NCBI GenBank assembly: GCA_030593075.1
Contig: JAUVHW010000001.1
Span: 1 to 58,388 of the forward strand
Origin: Ardenticatenales bacterium
GTDB taxonomy: Bacteria; Chloroflexota; Anaerolineae; Promineifilales; UBA4811
Reading direction: 5' to 3'
DNA: 58,388 nt
A program made the translations under genes and the position numbers. Below, piece by piece: positions 38,670 to 48,620 of this stretch (the first letter of the stretch is position 1; each line of letters opens with the position of its first letter). The notes beneath the pieces are model-generated. The model saw only the letters and a program-made list of their open reading frames with translations, had not been told where the DNA came from and made no database searches.

Positions 38670-39773
38670 CTACAGAATGTACGCGACGCCAAACTCCTCA
38701 GCCATCGCCTTGAGGTCGGCCACGACCTTGGGGTGCAAGACAACGCCGCTAATCTTGCGATCCTGGGCGATCTCGAATTCCTTCTCACCGTGGATGTAGA
38801 TGCGGCCTTGTCCCGCCGCCTTGGGTGTCGCCTTTAGACGGCGGACAACGTCGTCCATGGTGGCCTTGAATTGCTCCACCGGCCGGAAGCCGTCTACTCG
38901 CAGCGCGCCGAAGAAATGGCCCACGTTGGCCGGCAAGGCATTGCCGCTATCGTCCTTGAGGTAGATGTTGTTGGCATAGCCAGCCCCCGGGAGTACTCCA
39001 GACAAGATGTCCACCAGTAGGGCCATGCCGTATCCTTTGTGGCCTCCCAGCAACTCGCCAGCGCCGCCCAGTGAGAGGAGCCCCCCGCCCGCCAGCTTGA
39101 TAAAGTTGTCCAACACCTGCGCCGCGTCAGTCGTCGGCACCCCGGATTCGTCTGTGGCCCAACCCAGCGGCAGCGGTTCTTCCTTGCGGTTGTAGACCTC
39201 CAGCTTGCCGCGCGGCACGGTGCTGGTCGCCATGTCGAGCACGAAGGGAAGTTCTTCACCGGCCGGAGCCGCCACACTGATGGGGTTGGTGCCCAGCATA
39301 GCATTGCGCCCGAAGGTGGGTACCACCAGCACGGCCGCGTTGGTCATGGAGATGCCAATCATGTCGCGCTCTAGCGCCATCATAGAGTAGTAACCGGCTA
39401 TGCCGAAATGATTCGAGTTGCGCACGCTGACAAAGCCAGCACCCACTTGTCCAGCTTTGTCGATCGCCAACTGCATGGCCCGCCTGGATACCGGCTGGCC
39501 CAGGCCGTCTCCGCCGTCGATCAGGGCGGTAGCCGGTGTCTCGTGCACCACCCTAGTCTCTGGACGGGCCAGCATCACTCCGTCCTGCAACCCCTTCACG
39601 TAGCGGCGCAGACGGGCCACGCCGTGAGAACTGATGCCCCGCAGGTCGGCCGACACCAGGTTATCAGCCACTATCTTTGCATCCTCCGTAGGGACGTTCA
39701 GCTCCTCAAAGACCTCCACACAGAATGTCTTGAGGGGTTCCGCCATAACCCGGATGCCGGTGTCATCACCCAT
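38670..39773 (-). CDS. Ldh_2-family (malate/L-lactate/ureidoglycolate-type) 2-hydroxyacid dehydrogenase
   Basis: ADLRGISSHGVARL..Y, NSNHFGIAGYY and GGHKGYGMALLVDILSG motifs. The start is set at ATG 39773 (GGAGG 9 nt upstream) rather than the longest ORF (39899). Confidence 0.85.
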   Translation of the reverse strand: MGDDTGIRVMAEPLKTFCVEVFEELNVPTEDAKIVADNLVSADLRGISSHGVARLRRYVKGLQDGVMLARPETRVVHETPATALIDGGDGLGQPVSRRAMQLAIDKAGQVGAGFVSVRNSNHFGIAGYYSMMALERDMIGISMTNAAVLVVPTFGRNAMLGTNPISVAAPAGEELPFVLDMATSTVPRGKLEVYNRKEEPLPLGWATDESGVPTTDAAQVLDNFIKLAGGGLLSLGGAGELLGGHKGYGMALLVDILSGVLPGAGYANNIYLKDDSGNALPANVGHFFGALRVDGFRPVEQFKATMDDVVRRLKATPKAAGQGRIYIHGEKEFEIAQDRKISGVVLHPKVVADLKAMAEEFGVAYIL

Positions 39774-40357
39774 TTCCGTCGTCCTCCGATGATGTGTCAG
39801 CCCGGCAGACATTATATAGTGGCCTCGCGGCCCACGCAATGCTCCCAACGTGCCATTTGCCGCAGAACCGGGGCTGGGGAGGAGAGCCGCTACTCGCAAT
39901 TCGCCAGAGTTGCGTGCGGTGGTCTGCCGTGACGATGCTCGGAGGTAACGCTACCCAAATGGGATGCTGCGCGTTCAGTCGGTCCATCCGCCGCCAGCAA
40001 TCGGGCTGGGGTCCTGGTGGCGCTGGGTTCGAGCCTACTGTGACGCGGCAGGTCTAATCGAGGCCGGGTGCCGCGGCTAATCGCGTGCGTGGTTCTCGGG
40101 CAGTCGATCTCCTGCTCTGCCGTGCTAGGCGAACTGGCATCCAGGGTGGATCCGCAGTAGCCATGCCCCAGTTCCCCGGCTGTCGGCCGTCTTCAGGTCT
40201 GCTATCGCCAGCCCGATCTGGCTGGCCGCCCGCACGTGTGCCGGGGACGATTGAATGCCGCGCGCGGTCCCACTCGAACGAGGCCCCGGCTGGACGTCAC
40301 TCCGCAGGGCCCCAACCCTGCGCGCTAGACTGTCTGCGCTAGCTGCCAGACCTGATC

Positions 40358-40867
40358 CTATTCCGCCTGATGGTAGAACAGCACGCCGTGACGGTTGATG
40401 AGCATCACCTGGGCAGCCGTCTGGGGCCGGTTCTGGACATCCTTGAGCGGGTAGATGTTGGCGTCTGTGGCCCCCATAAAGTCGTGGGAGCTGCTGCTCA
40501 GCACGTCCATTGGCAGGTCATCGGCTCCCATGTGGAAGTAGCCCTGGATGACAAAGGTGGTCGAATAGACGATCATCTTATGCTTGGTGACCAGCAGTTG
40601 GGCCGCGTCTCCACCCGCCTCGTCGAGAAGGCTGATGGCTACCACATTGTCTTTCCTCACCATCACGGTCGGGCGTTCGAGCTTTCCCATTGGGCTGGCC
40701 GCGTCGAAGGGGAGGAGAGTCGCCTGGTTGAACTGAATGTACCGTCTCTCACTGTCGTTTAGATACGCCAGCATGGGCCCAACGGGTCGGAACCTGCCCC
40801 GCAGAAGGTATTCCTGGGTTATTACCTCGGCAGGGTACTCGGGTAATTCGATTCCGCCTAGTTGCAT
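40358..40867 (-). CDS. hypothetical protein
   Basis: 169-aa ORF with balanced composition immediately downstream of the biotin-enzyme genes. I recognise no motif. Confidence 0.55.
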   Translation of the reverse strand: MQLGGIELPEYPAEVITQEYLLRGRFRPVGPMLAYLNDSERRYIQFNQATLLPFDAASPMGKLERPTVMVRKDNVVAISLLDEAGGDAAQLLVTKHKMIVYSTTFVIQGYFHMGADDLPMDVLSSSSHDFMGATDANIYPLKDVQNRPQTAAQVMLINRHGVLFYHQAE

Positions 40868-40945
40868 GTTATCTCCTTGACACTTGGCTTCTGTGAGCTG
40901 GGCACCGAGGCCCGCTCCCCTTGGGGCAGACAGCCGCTACTGCGG

Positions 40946-41422
40946 CTAGGAGATGTCGATCAGCGCCTGCCCACTCTCAACACTGTCTCCTGGGGCGATG
41001 TGGACTCGATTGACCACGCCAGACTTGTGTGCCTGGATCTCATTCTCCATCTTCATTGCTTCCAGAATGACCACCACCTCCCCTTCCTGCACTTCATCGC
41101 CTTCAGCTACCAGTAGCTCAAGGATCGCGCCGGGCATGATTGCCGTGACAGAGCCGGCACCGGCATCCGCCTTCTTCTTGGGAGCCGCCTTCTTGGGGGC
41201 GACTGTCTGCACTTGCATGCCGGCCGCCTCCACCCGATACTCCTTGCCGTCCACCACGGCCGACTTGTCACCCAACGTTACTGCGTAAACGATGCCGTCA
41301 ACAGTCAGGACACCGTTCTCCATCCCAATGACAAAGGGCTGTCCGTCCACCAGGAGGCTGTTCCCGTGCACCTCGATCTCGAACTCGGTTCCATCGACGT
41401 TGAGACTGAATTCACGATCCAT
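40946..41422 (-). CDS. biotin carboxyl carrier protein (1.3S-like) with an N-terminal extension
   Basis: C-terminal biotinyl domain with ILEAMKMENEI. The N-terminal ~70 aa contain VDGQP. Confidence 0.85.
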   Translation of the reverse strand: MDREFSLNVDGTEFEIEVHGNSLLVDGQPFVIGMENGVLTVDGIVYAVTLGDKSAVVDGKEYRVEAAGMQVQTVAPKKAAPKKKADAGAGSVTAIMPGAILELLVAEGDEVQEGEVVVILEAMKMENEIQAHKSGVVNRVHIAPGDSVESGQALIDIS

Positions 41423-41431
41423 CTGGGCCTC

Positions 41432-42961
41432 CTAGGGCTGCAAGAGACCGGTCCACTGGCGTGACGGACGCCAAGCCCGCTTCCAGGCCGTGACCGAGGG
41501 CGCTCGCCTGGCGTCCGGTCCGGCCGGCTGCTGCTCCTCGGCCTCCAGGGCAAGCTTGGCTGCGACAGCAGCGACCACTGCCGTCCGTTCGTCGGCGCCT
41601 CGCGCCCGCCGCTCGAGAAAGGGGCGAGCCACCTGTGGAAACAACGCATACGAGATTACGTCTTCCTCGCTTCGGGCCAGATCACCCAGTTCGTCGCGCG
41701 CCTTCTCCATGCCTGGCTCCAACAGGTCGGCCGGGCGCTTGGTGATCGGCTCCTCGCTGCCGATGGCCAGTCTCTTGATCTCCGGGTCAACCGGCGCTGG
41801 TGGCCGCCCGTAGAAGTTGCGCACATAGTTCTTGACCTCCTCCGGAATCACCTTGTAGCGCTCCCCCAGTACCACGTTGAGTGTCGCCTGGGTGCCCACT
41901 ATCTGGCTGGAGGGAGTAACCAGGGGAGGATAGCCCAGCTCTTTGCGCACGCGCGGCACCTCTGCCAGGACTTCTTCGTACCGGTCGGCCGCGCCTTGCT
42001 GGCGCAGCTGAGAGGTCAGGTTGGAGAGCATCCCGCCCGGAATCTGGTACTGCAGGACGCGCACGTCCACCCCCTGCATCCCGCTCTCAAAGCTCCGGTA
42101 CTTTTTCCGGACGCCCGCAAAATACGCCGAGATCTCAGCCAATAGGTCTAGGTCCAGCCCCGTGTCCCGGGGAGTTCCCTTCAGAATGGCCACCAGGGAC
42201 TCGGTGGGAGGTTGGGCTGTGAGACCAGAGAGGGCCGAGATGGCGGTATCCACAATGTCGACACCCGCCTCCACCGCCTTTAGGGCTGAGGCCATCGCCA
42301 TTCCACTGGTATAGTGCGTGTGGAACTGGACCGGAAGTCCTACTTGGGCTTTCAGCTCTCCTACCAGCTCATAGGCGTCGTAGGGAGCCAGCATCCCAGC
42401 CATGTCCTTGACGCATATGGAATCCGCCCCCAGCTCTCTGAGTTGCTTGGCCATCTCCACATAGCCACCGATGGTATGCACCGGGCTGATGGTGTAGCTA
42501 AAGCTTCCCTGGACGTGGCCGCCGACGTCCTTGACAAAGCGCATCGCCATCTCCATGTTGCGCACGTCGTTGAGAGCGTCAAAAATCCGGAACACGTCAA
42601 TGCCGACTTCTTTGGCCCGGACCACGAATCGCTGCAGCACGTCGTCGGGGTAGTGCCTGTAGCCGACGACGTTCTGAGCGCGTAGCAGCATCTGGAAACG
42701 GGTGTTGGGCATCAGTTCTTTCAGACGGCGCACGCGATCCCAGGGATTCTCACTCAGGAACCGCATGGCGGAGTCAAAGGTAGCTCCGCCCCACATCTCT
42801 ACCGACCAGTAGCCAACCCGGTCGAGCTTGGGTGCGATAGGAAGCATGTCATCGGTCCGCATCCTGGTCGCCAGAAGGGACTGGTGCGCGTCGCGAAGTA
42901 TAGTGTCGCAGATTCCGAGCGGCTGTGTATTCATAGCTCTGTCTCTTGTTGTGGGGGACAT
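41432..42961 (-). CDS. 5S-type carboxyltransferase (oxaloacetate decarboxylase alpha / pyruvate carboxylase subunit B-like), without a fused biotinyl domain
   Basis: ICDTILRDAHQSLLATRMRTDDM, FDSAMRFL.E.PW.R, CVKDMAG and HTHYTSGMA motifs. It ends without an AMKM domain. Confidence 0.9.
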   Translation of the reverse strand: MSPTTRDRAMNTQPLGICDTILRDAHQSLLATRMRTDDMLPIAPKLDRVGYWSVEMWGGATFDSAMRFLSENPWDRVRRLKELMPNTRFQMLLRAQNVVGYRHYPDDVLQRFVVRAKEVGIDVFRIFDALNDVRNMEMAMRFVKDVGGHVQGSFSYTISPVHTIGGYVEMAKQLRELGADSICVKDMAGMLAPYDAYELVGELKAQVGLPVQFHTHYTSGMAMASALKAVEAGVDIVDTAISALSGLTAQPPTESLVAILKGTPRDTGLDLDLLAEISAYFAGVRKKYRSFESGMQGVDVRVLQYQIPGGMLSNLTSQLRQQGAADRYEEVLAEVPRVRKELGYPPLVTPSSQIVGTQATLNVVLGERYKVIPEEVKNYVRNFYGRPPAPVDPEIKRLAIGSEEPITKRPADLLEPGMEKARDELGDLARSEEDVISYALFPQVARPFLERRARGADERTAVVAAVAAKLALEAEEQQPAGPDARRAPSVTAWKRAWRPSRQWTGLLQP

Positions 42962-42995
42962 AAACCTGGTAGATCAACCAGTTCGCGTCTCCCTC

Positions 42996-43316
42996 CTACT
43001 CTGCGAACAGATCGCGGGCCTTGAACATCAGCACTAGGGCTTCCTCTTCTGCACCGGAGCGGTGAACCTCGCCGGCTTTCACCACCAGCGAGTCACCTTC
43101 CTTCAGCGACACGGTTGGCCCGTCTTGGTATTCGACATAGGTCTCGCCCTCCAACACCAGGTACATCTCATCCTTGGCGTGCTGGTGAAACTTGTACTTT
43201 CCCTGGAATCGGCAGAGGTAGGCGCAATAGTCGTCTACCTGACCCAGGACCAGGTGGACCCAGGGCTGAGCCAGTTTGGTCTTGGCTTCCTGGATGGACG
43301 CAATTCTTGGGGACAT
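42996..43316 (-). CDS. cupin-domain protein
   Basis: 106 aa with ..HQHAKDEMYLVLEGE..V...G....L.EGDSLVVKAGEVH (cupin motifs 1 and 2). Confidence 0.75.
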   Translation of the reverse strand: MSPRIASIQEAKTKLAQPWVHLVLGQVDDYCAYLCRFQGKYKFHQHAKDEMYLVLEGETYVEYQDGPTVSLKEGDSLVVKAGEVHRSGAEEEALVLMFKARDLFAE

Positions 43317-43333
43317 GATTCCTGTCCTTCTTT

Positions 43334-44884
43334 CTACAGTGGAATGTTTCCATGTTTCTTGGGCGGATTGGCATCCCGCTTGTTCTGCAGCATCTGCAGA
43401 GCTTCTATCAGCCGCGGCCGGGTCTCGGCCGGTTCGATTACATCATCAATGTAGCCTCGGGTGGCTGCCACGTACGGGTTGGCAAACTTTTCCCGGTACT
43501 CCTGCACCAGCTCCTCCCTGAGAGCATCGGGATCGTCGGCTTCAGCCAAGGCCTTTCGAAAGATGATGTTCACCGCGCCGTCGGGACCCATCACGGCTAT
43601 CTCAGCGGTTGGCCAGGCATAGCTGACATCCCCGCGGATGTGCTTGCTGGACATTACGTCGTACGCGCCGCCGTACGCCTTGCGTGTGATGATGGTGATC
43701 TTGGGGACCGTTGCCTCACAGTAGGCATAGAGCAGCTTGGCCCCGTGCAGGATTATCCCGCCGTGCTCCTGCGCCACACCCGGCAAGAACCCGGGCACGT
43801 CCTCGAACGTGACGATGGGAATGTTAAAGGCGTCGCAAAAGCGGACGAAACGAGCACCCTTGCGGGAAGCGTCAATGTCTAGCACCCCAGCCAAGATCTG
43901 AGGCTGCTGCGCCACTATGCCCACACCAAAGCCGCCCAAGCGTGCAAAACCGACGACGATGTTGCGGGCATAGTGCTCGTGGATTTCGAGGAATCTGCCA
44001 TCATCCACGACGCGCTCGATGATGCTCTTCATGTCATAGGGCTTGTGCGGGCTGTCCGGAATGATGGCATTGAGTTCGTCGTCAGTGCGGTCGGCCGGAT
44101 CATCAGTGGGTACGAATGGAGGATCCTCGGTGTTGTTCTGCGGCAGGTAGCTGAGCAGGAGCCGGAGGAGGGCAAGCCCCTCGTCCTCATCCTCGACCGC
44201 AAAGTGGGCCACCCCGCTCACCGTGCTGTGAGTCATCGCCCCGCCCAGCTCCTCCGAAGTAACCTCTTCACGGGTCACGGCCTTGACGACCTCGGGACCG
44301 GTGATGTGCATGAAGCTGGTCCCCTTAACCATCAAGATGAAATCGGTCATCGCGGGCGAGTAGACCGCCCCACCGGCACATGGGCCCATGACGGCCGAGA
44401 TCTGGGGAATGACGCCCGAGGCCATCACGTTACGCTGGAAGACGTAGGCATAGGCAGCCAAGGAGACCACCCCCTCCTGAATTCGTGCCCCCCCAGAGTC
44501 GTTGAGCCCAATCACAGGAGCGCCATTTTTCATCGCCAGGTCCGTTATCTTGCAGATCTTCTCCGCGTGGACCTCCCCCAGGCTGCCGCCGAAAACCGTG
44601 AAATCCTGGCTAAAGACGTAGACCGATCGGCCGTTGATTTGGCCCCAGCCTGTCACCACGCTGTCGCCGAGGTACTTCTGGTCCTCAATGCCGAACCCCG
44701 TAGTCCGGTGGGTAACAAACGTGTCGATTTCACGAAAGGTGGCGGGATCGAGCAGTTTCTCGATTCGCTCTCGGGCCGTCAGCTTGCCCTTGGCGTGCTG
44801 GCGTTCGATCCGCGCCTGCCCACCCCCGAGCCGTGCCTGTTCTCGCATTTCGCGCACCTGCTGTATCTTGGGGTCTATCGCCAT
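43334..44884 (-). CDS. acyl-CoA carboxyltransferase, 12S/PccB-like
   Basis: [35 protein letters not shown], and [12 protein letters not shown] at the C-terminal half. 516 aa. Confidence 0.9.
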   Translation of the reverse strand: MAIDPKIQQVREMREQARLGGGQARIERQHAKGKLTARERIEKLLDPATFREIDTFVTHRTTGFGIEDQKYLGDSVVTGWGQINGRSVYVFSQDFTVFGGSLGEVHAEKICKITDLAMKNGAPVIGLNDSGGARIQEGVVSLAAYAYVFQRNVMASGVIPQISAVMGPCAGGAVYSPAMTDFILMVKGTSFMHITGPEVVKAVTREEVTSEELGGAMTHSTVSGVAHFAVEDEDEGLALLRLLLSYLPQNNTEDPPFVPTDDPADRTDDELNAIIPDSPHKPYDMKSIIERVVDDGRFLEIHEHYARNIVVGFARLGGFGVGIVAQQPQILAGVLDIDASRKGARFVRFCDAFNIPIVTFEDVPGFLPGVAQEHGGIILHGAKLLYAYCEATVPKITIITRKAYGGAYDVMSSKHIRGDVSYAWPTAEIAVMGPDGAVNIIFRKALAEADDPDALREELVQEYREKFANPYVAATRGYIDDVIEPAETRPRLIEALQMLQNKRDANPPKKHGNIPL

Positions 44885-45020
44885 TCAAGTCCTCTCCTGC
44901 TGGTCCAACGTCCGTCCTGAACAGTAACTTGGGCTCTCAGGCCGGTGTTGAAGCTCTGGTCTGTCCATGCTGTGGCCCCGAATACCTGGCACGGGGCAGC
45001 GTCATCTCGACACCCCACAG

Positions 45021-45521
45021 CTATGACAGTGTCACCAGGGCCTGCCCTGTCTCGACGCTGTCGCCCTCTGCAACGTGCACCCGCGCCACCTCGCCATCGC
45101 GGGGGGCGCGCAGCTCGTTGTCCATCTTCATTGACTCCAGTATGACCAGAAGATCTCCCTGCCTGACAGGCTGTCTGGCCTGCGCCGGGATGCTCACTAT
45201 TAGGCCCGGCATGGGTGCCCGGACGGGAATCTCCCCGGAGTCCGGTGTGAACCCGGTGAGGGCACGGGACAGCCGGATAGCCCGTTCGTCTTCTACCTGC
45301 ACGTGGTACAGCTGGCCGCGAAGCAGAACTCTGAAATGTCCTGCCTGGCCTCCTTCGGCAAACGATTCGTTGGAGACGTTGTCCAGTAACAAGGAGTACA
45401 GCCGGTCGGGTACGATCTCTTGTAGGTCAACGGCGTGCGGTTGACCGTCCACGACGACTGTCCCCCGCTCGTCAATCTCTATCTCAAATGATTGGTCAGC
45501 AACCCGGGTTACGTACTTCAT
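45021..45521 (-). CDS. biotin/lipoyl-attachment carrier protein (BCCP-like) with an N-terminal extension
   Basis: VILESMKMDNEL biotinylation-type motif. The ATG at 45521 overlaps the accC stop (ATGA). The longest ORF starts at 45551. Confidence 0.8.
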   Translation of the reverse strand: MKYVTRVADQSFEIEIDERGTVVVDGQPHAVDLQEIVPDRLYSLLLDNVSNESFAEGGQAGHFRVLLRGQLYHVQVEDERAIRLSRALTGFTPDSGEIPVRAPMPGLIVSIPAQARQPVRQGDLLVILESMKMDNELRAPRDGEVARVHVAEGDSVETGQALVTLS

Positions 45522-47005
45522 TGTGGCCATCCCCCGCCCGGCCGGCTCCACCGCCAGCGACTCGAGCCGGGGCTGTCCTCCACCGTCTGGCGTGCCCTAC
45601 GGTGGGCAACCAGCGTTGCCACCACGGCCGCCACTTGAGCGCCGGCCGGGTCCAGCGCCGGCTCTTCCAAAGAAAAACGCTCATCGACGAAGGTGGTGTC
45701 GAATTGGCCGCCCATGAAACTGTGGCTATCCAACAGGCGTTGGTGGAACGGAATGGTAGTCTTGATACCCATGATCCGGTACTCTTCCAGGGCGCGCCGC
45801 ATTCGCAGGATGGCCTCTCCACGCGTTTCCCCCCAGCAGATGAGCTTGCTTATTAGCGAATCATAGTAGGGGGTAATCTCCAGTCCCTCGTACAGCCCGC
45901 TGTCCACTCGGACACCAGGGCCAGTTGGTACGGTCAGGGCTGTCACTCGCCCGATGGAGGGAACAAAGCCGTTGAAAGGGTCTTCGGCATTGATGCGGCA
46001 TTCAATTGCCCAGCCGCTGAAATGGATGTCTTTCTGGGCGTGACGCAACTTGCGACCCCGAGCAATTCGCAATTGCTCCTTGACAATGTCGACCCCCGTC
46101 ACCCACTCGGTCACAGGGTGCTCCACCTGCAAGCGGGGGTTCATCTCAAGGAAGTAAAAGCGGCGATTTCGGTCGACCAGGAACTCTACGGTGCCAGCGC
46201 TCACGTACCCTGCCGCGCTGGACGCCTGGACAGCGATGCTGCCCATCCGTGAGCGCAGATCGTCGTCCACGAACGGCGACGGGGCTTCCTCTAGTAGCTT
46301 CTGATAGCGGCGCTGCAGAGAGCACTCGCGCTCACCCAGGTGAATCACATTACCCAACTGATCGGCCAGTACTTGGAACTCGATGTGCCGCGCTCCTTCA
46401 ATCCGCTTCTCCAGGCAAAGGCTGTCATCGCCGAATGCCGAGAGGGCCTCGCGCCGCGCACTTGATAGGGCGTTGGGCATCTCACTCATTGAGTTGATCA
46501 CCCGCATTCCCTTGCCCCCGCCGCCAGCGGCCGCCTTGACAAGGAGCGGAGTGCCCAGCTGTCGCGCGGCCGCCAGTAGCTCCTCGTCGGTCAACGGGTC
46601 ATCGGTGCCCGGAATCACCGGTACTCCGGCTGCCCGCATTAGCACGCGGGCTGATGTCTTGTTCCCCATCAGCCCCAGGACGGCCGGCGGCGGCCCAATC
46701 CATATCAGCCCAGCATCCTCCACCGCCTGGGCAAAGTCAGAGCGCTCGGCCAGGAAGCCATAGCCAGGGTGAATAGCGTCCGCCCCCGAACGGCGGGCGA
46801 TGTCCAGGAGCTTCTCGATGTGCAGGTAGCTCTCGCCCGCCGCCTTGCCTCCCAGGGCGTAGGCTCTGTCGGCGTAGCGAACGTGCAGCGCTTCCCGGTC
46901 CACCTCGGAGAATGCCACCACCGTTCGAATCCCCAGTTCGTGGCAGGCGCGCAGTACCCGCACCGCGATCTCCCCTCGGTTGGCGATCAGTACAGTGTTT
47001 AGCAT
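45518..47005 (-). CDS. accC: biotin carboxylase
   Basis: MLNTVLIANRGEIAVRVLRAC.ELGI, ATP-grasp motifs (GGGGKGMR) and EMNPRLQVEHPVTE. The start is set at the internal ATG 47005; the longest ORF (47161) adds 52 non-conserved codons. Confidence 0.9.
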   Translation of the reverse strand: MLNTVLIANRGEIAVRVLRACHELGIRTVVAFSEVDREALHVRYADRAYALGGKAAGESYLHIEKLLDIARRSGADAIHPGYGFLAERSDFAQAVEDAGLIWIGPPPAVLGLMGNKTSARVLMRAAGVPVIPGTDDPLTDEELLAAARQLGTPLLVKAAAGGGGKGMRVINSMSEMPNALSSARREALSAFGDDSLCLEKRIEGARHIEFQVLADQLGNVIHLGERECSLQRRYQKLLEEAPSPFVDDDLRSRMGSIAVQASSAAGYVSAGTVEFLVDRNRRFYFLEMNPRLQVEHPVTEWVTGVDIVKEQLRIARGRKLRHAQKDIHFSGWAIECRINAEDPFNGFVPSIGRVTALTVPTGPGVRVDSGLYEGLEITPYYDSLISKLICWGETRGEAILRMRRALEEYRIMGIKTTIPFHQRLLDSHSFMGGQFDTTFVDERFSLEEPALDPAGAQVAAVVATLVAHRRARQTVEDSPGSSRWRWSRPGGGWPQ

Positions 47006-47366
47006 TGCTGGCTCGCTGGTTCTGACACTAGCGCCGAGGCCAAGTGATACTAAATTGATTAACCCCCAGGGACACCATAAGATTCGACCTACCAAGGGGG
47101 TGTCTGACTCTTGCACTAGTAGTCGTATGCGGGAAGGTCTCCAGTGGCTGGAAGATGCCAATCATCATCTGTGGGTTGGGTCTGACAGAGTATAACACGG
47201 TCGCCGGTAGGCGCAATCGGCCCAAGGAAGGTGTCTAAGAATGGATCGAGTGCGGTTCCCGCCGCTCATCTCTCTCTTGTTGGTGGACTGCTCTTGTTCC
47301 GCACCCTCCGCAACCAAACGGTGACCGGTGGGTTATAGCCCTTGAACCTTGTCGAACGAGGGAAAG

Positions 47367-48611
47367 ATGAGAAGACGTGTTGTGATCACCGGACTGGGAA
47401 CGATCTCGCCTCTGGGGCAGGATGTTCCCACTACCTGGACAGGCCTGATGGAAGGTCGCTCGGCTATCGGGCCCATAACCTGCTTTGACGCCAGCGACCT
47501 CAAGGTCAGAATCGCGGCCCAAGTTGACGGTTTCGACCCGACAGCTCGTTTCGGGGCCCGGGAGGCTCGGCGGATGGATCGCTACTCTCAGCTTGCGCTG
47601 GCGGCCGCGCAGGAGGCAGTAGAGGCGTCTGGCCTGACCGCCACCCAGGCCACGGCATCCGACATCGGAGTCATCATTGGGACCGGTATCGCGGGCATTG
47701 GGACAATCCTCAAGACCGGCGACGTCGTGCGCACCCGCGGCCCTCGCCGCGTCAGCCCTTTTGCGGTCCCCATGATGTTGGCTGATACGGCCCCAGGCCA
47801 GATCGCCATGCAGTATGGATTTCGGGGACCCAACTTTGCCGTGGTTGCCGCCTGTGCCTCCGGCAATAACGCCCTTGGAGAAGCGGCCGCGGTGATACGG
47901 CGCGGAGCGGCCGAAGCGATGGTGACTGGCGGAGCTGACACGGCGCTGGTGCGCACGGCCGTAGGTGCTTTTATGAACATGGGCGCCCTTTCGACTGGTT
48001 GGAACGACGAGCCCCAGCGCGCCAGCCGTCCCTTTGACGCCAAACGGGATGGCTTTATCATGGGCGAAGGAGCTGGTATTCTGGTGCTCGAGTCCCTGGA
48101 ATTCGCTCGCAAGCGGGATGCGCCCGTCCTGGCGGAACTGCTAGGATATGGGACTTCGGCCGATGCCTTTCACATCACCGCGCCGGCGGTGGGGGGACAG
48201 GGTGCAATCCAGGCGATGCAGGCCGCATTGGAGGATGCCGAACTGGAGCCCAAGGCAGTGGACTACCTGAACGCTCACGGTACCAGCACCCCGCTCAATG
48301 ACAAGACAGAGACGGCCGCGGCCAAGGCGGTCTTTGGAGATCACGCATACCAGCTGCCGATCAGCTCCACCAAATCCATGACCGGTCACCTGCTGGGGGG
48401 AGCCGGGGCACTAGAGGCCATCATCTGTGTGGAGACCATTCGAGAGGGGGTCATCGCACCGACCATCAACTATGAGTTCCCCGACCCGGAGTGCGACCTG
48501 GACTATGTCCCCAACCAGCCGCGCCCTGCAGAGGTCCAGATTGTCATGTCCAACTCTTTCGGTTTTGGTGGTCACAACGCAACACTGATCTTCGGCCCGC
48601 CCCCAGCGTAG
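47367..48611 (+). CDS. fabF: beta-ketoacyl-ACP synthase II
   Basis: RRVVITGLGTISPLG, ACASG active-site Cys, HGTSTP, and GHLLGGAG...NSFGFGGHN. The ATG at 47367 is preceded by GAGGGAAAG. Confidence 0.9.
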   Translation: MRRRVVITGLGTISPLGQDVPTTWTGLMEGRSAIGPITCFDASDLKVRIAAQVDGFDPTARFGAREARRMDRYSQLALAAAQEAVEASGLTATQATASDIGVIIGTGIAGIGTILKTGDVVRTRGPRRVSPFAVPMMLADTAPGQIAMQYGFRGPNFAVVAACASGNNALGEAAAVIRRGAAEAMVTGGADTALVRTAVGAFMNMGALSTGWNDEPQRASRPFDAKRDGFIMGEGAGILVLESLEFARKRDAPVLAELLGYGTSADAFHITAPAVGGQGAIQAMQAALEDAELEPKAVDYLNAHGTSTPLNDKTETAAAKAVFGDHAYQLPISSTKSMTGHLLGGAGALEAIICVETIREGVIAPTINYEFPDPECDLDYVPNQPRPAEVQIVMSNSFGFGGHNATLIFGPPPA

Positions 48612-48620
48612 ACCGGAATC

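Noticed and set aside
40025-40035. GGGTTCGAGCC, resembling a tRNA T-loop.
   Set aside because: The flanking bases cannot form the 5-bp T-stem (CTGGG is not complemented downstream). No acceptor, D or anticodon arms can be drawn on either strand.
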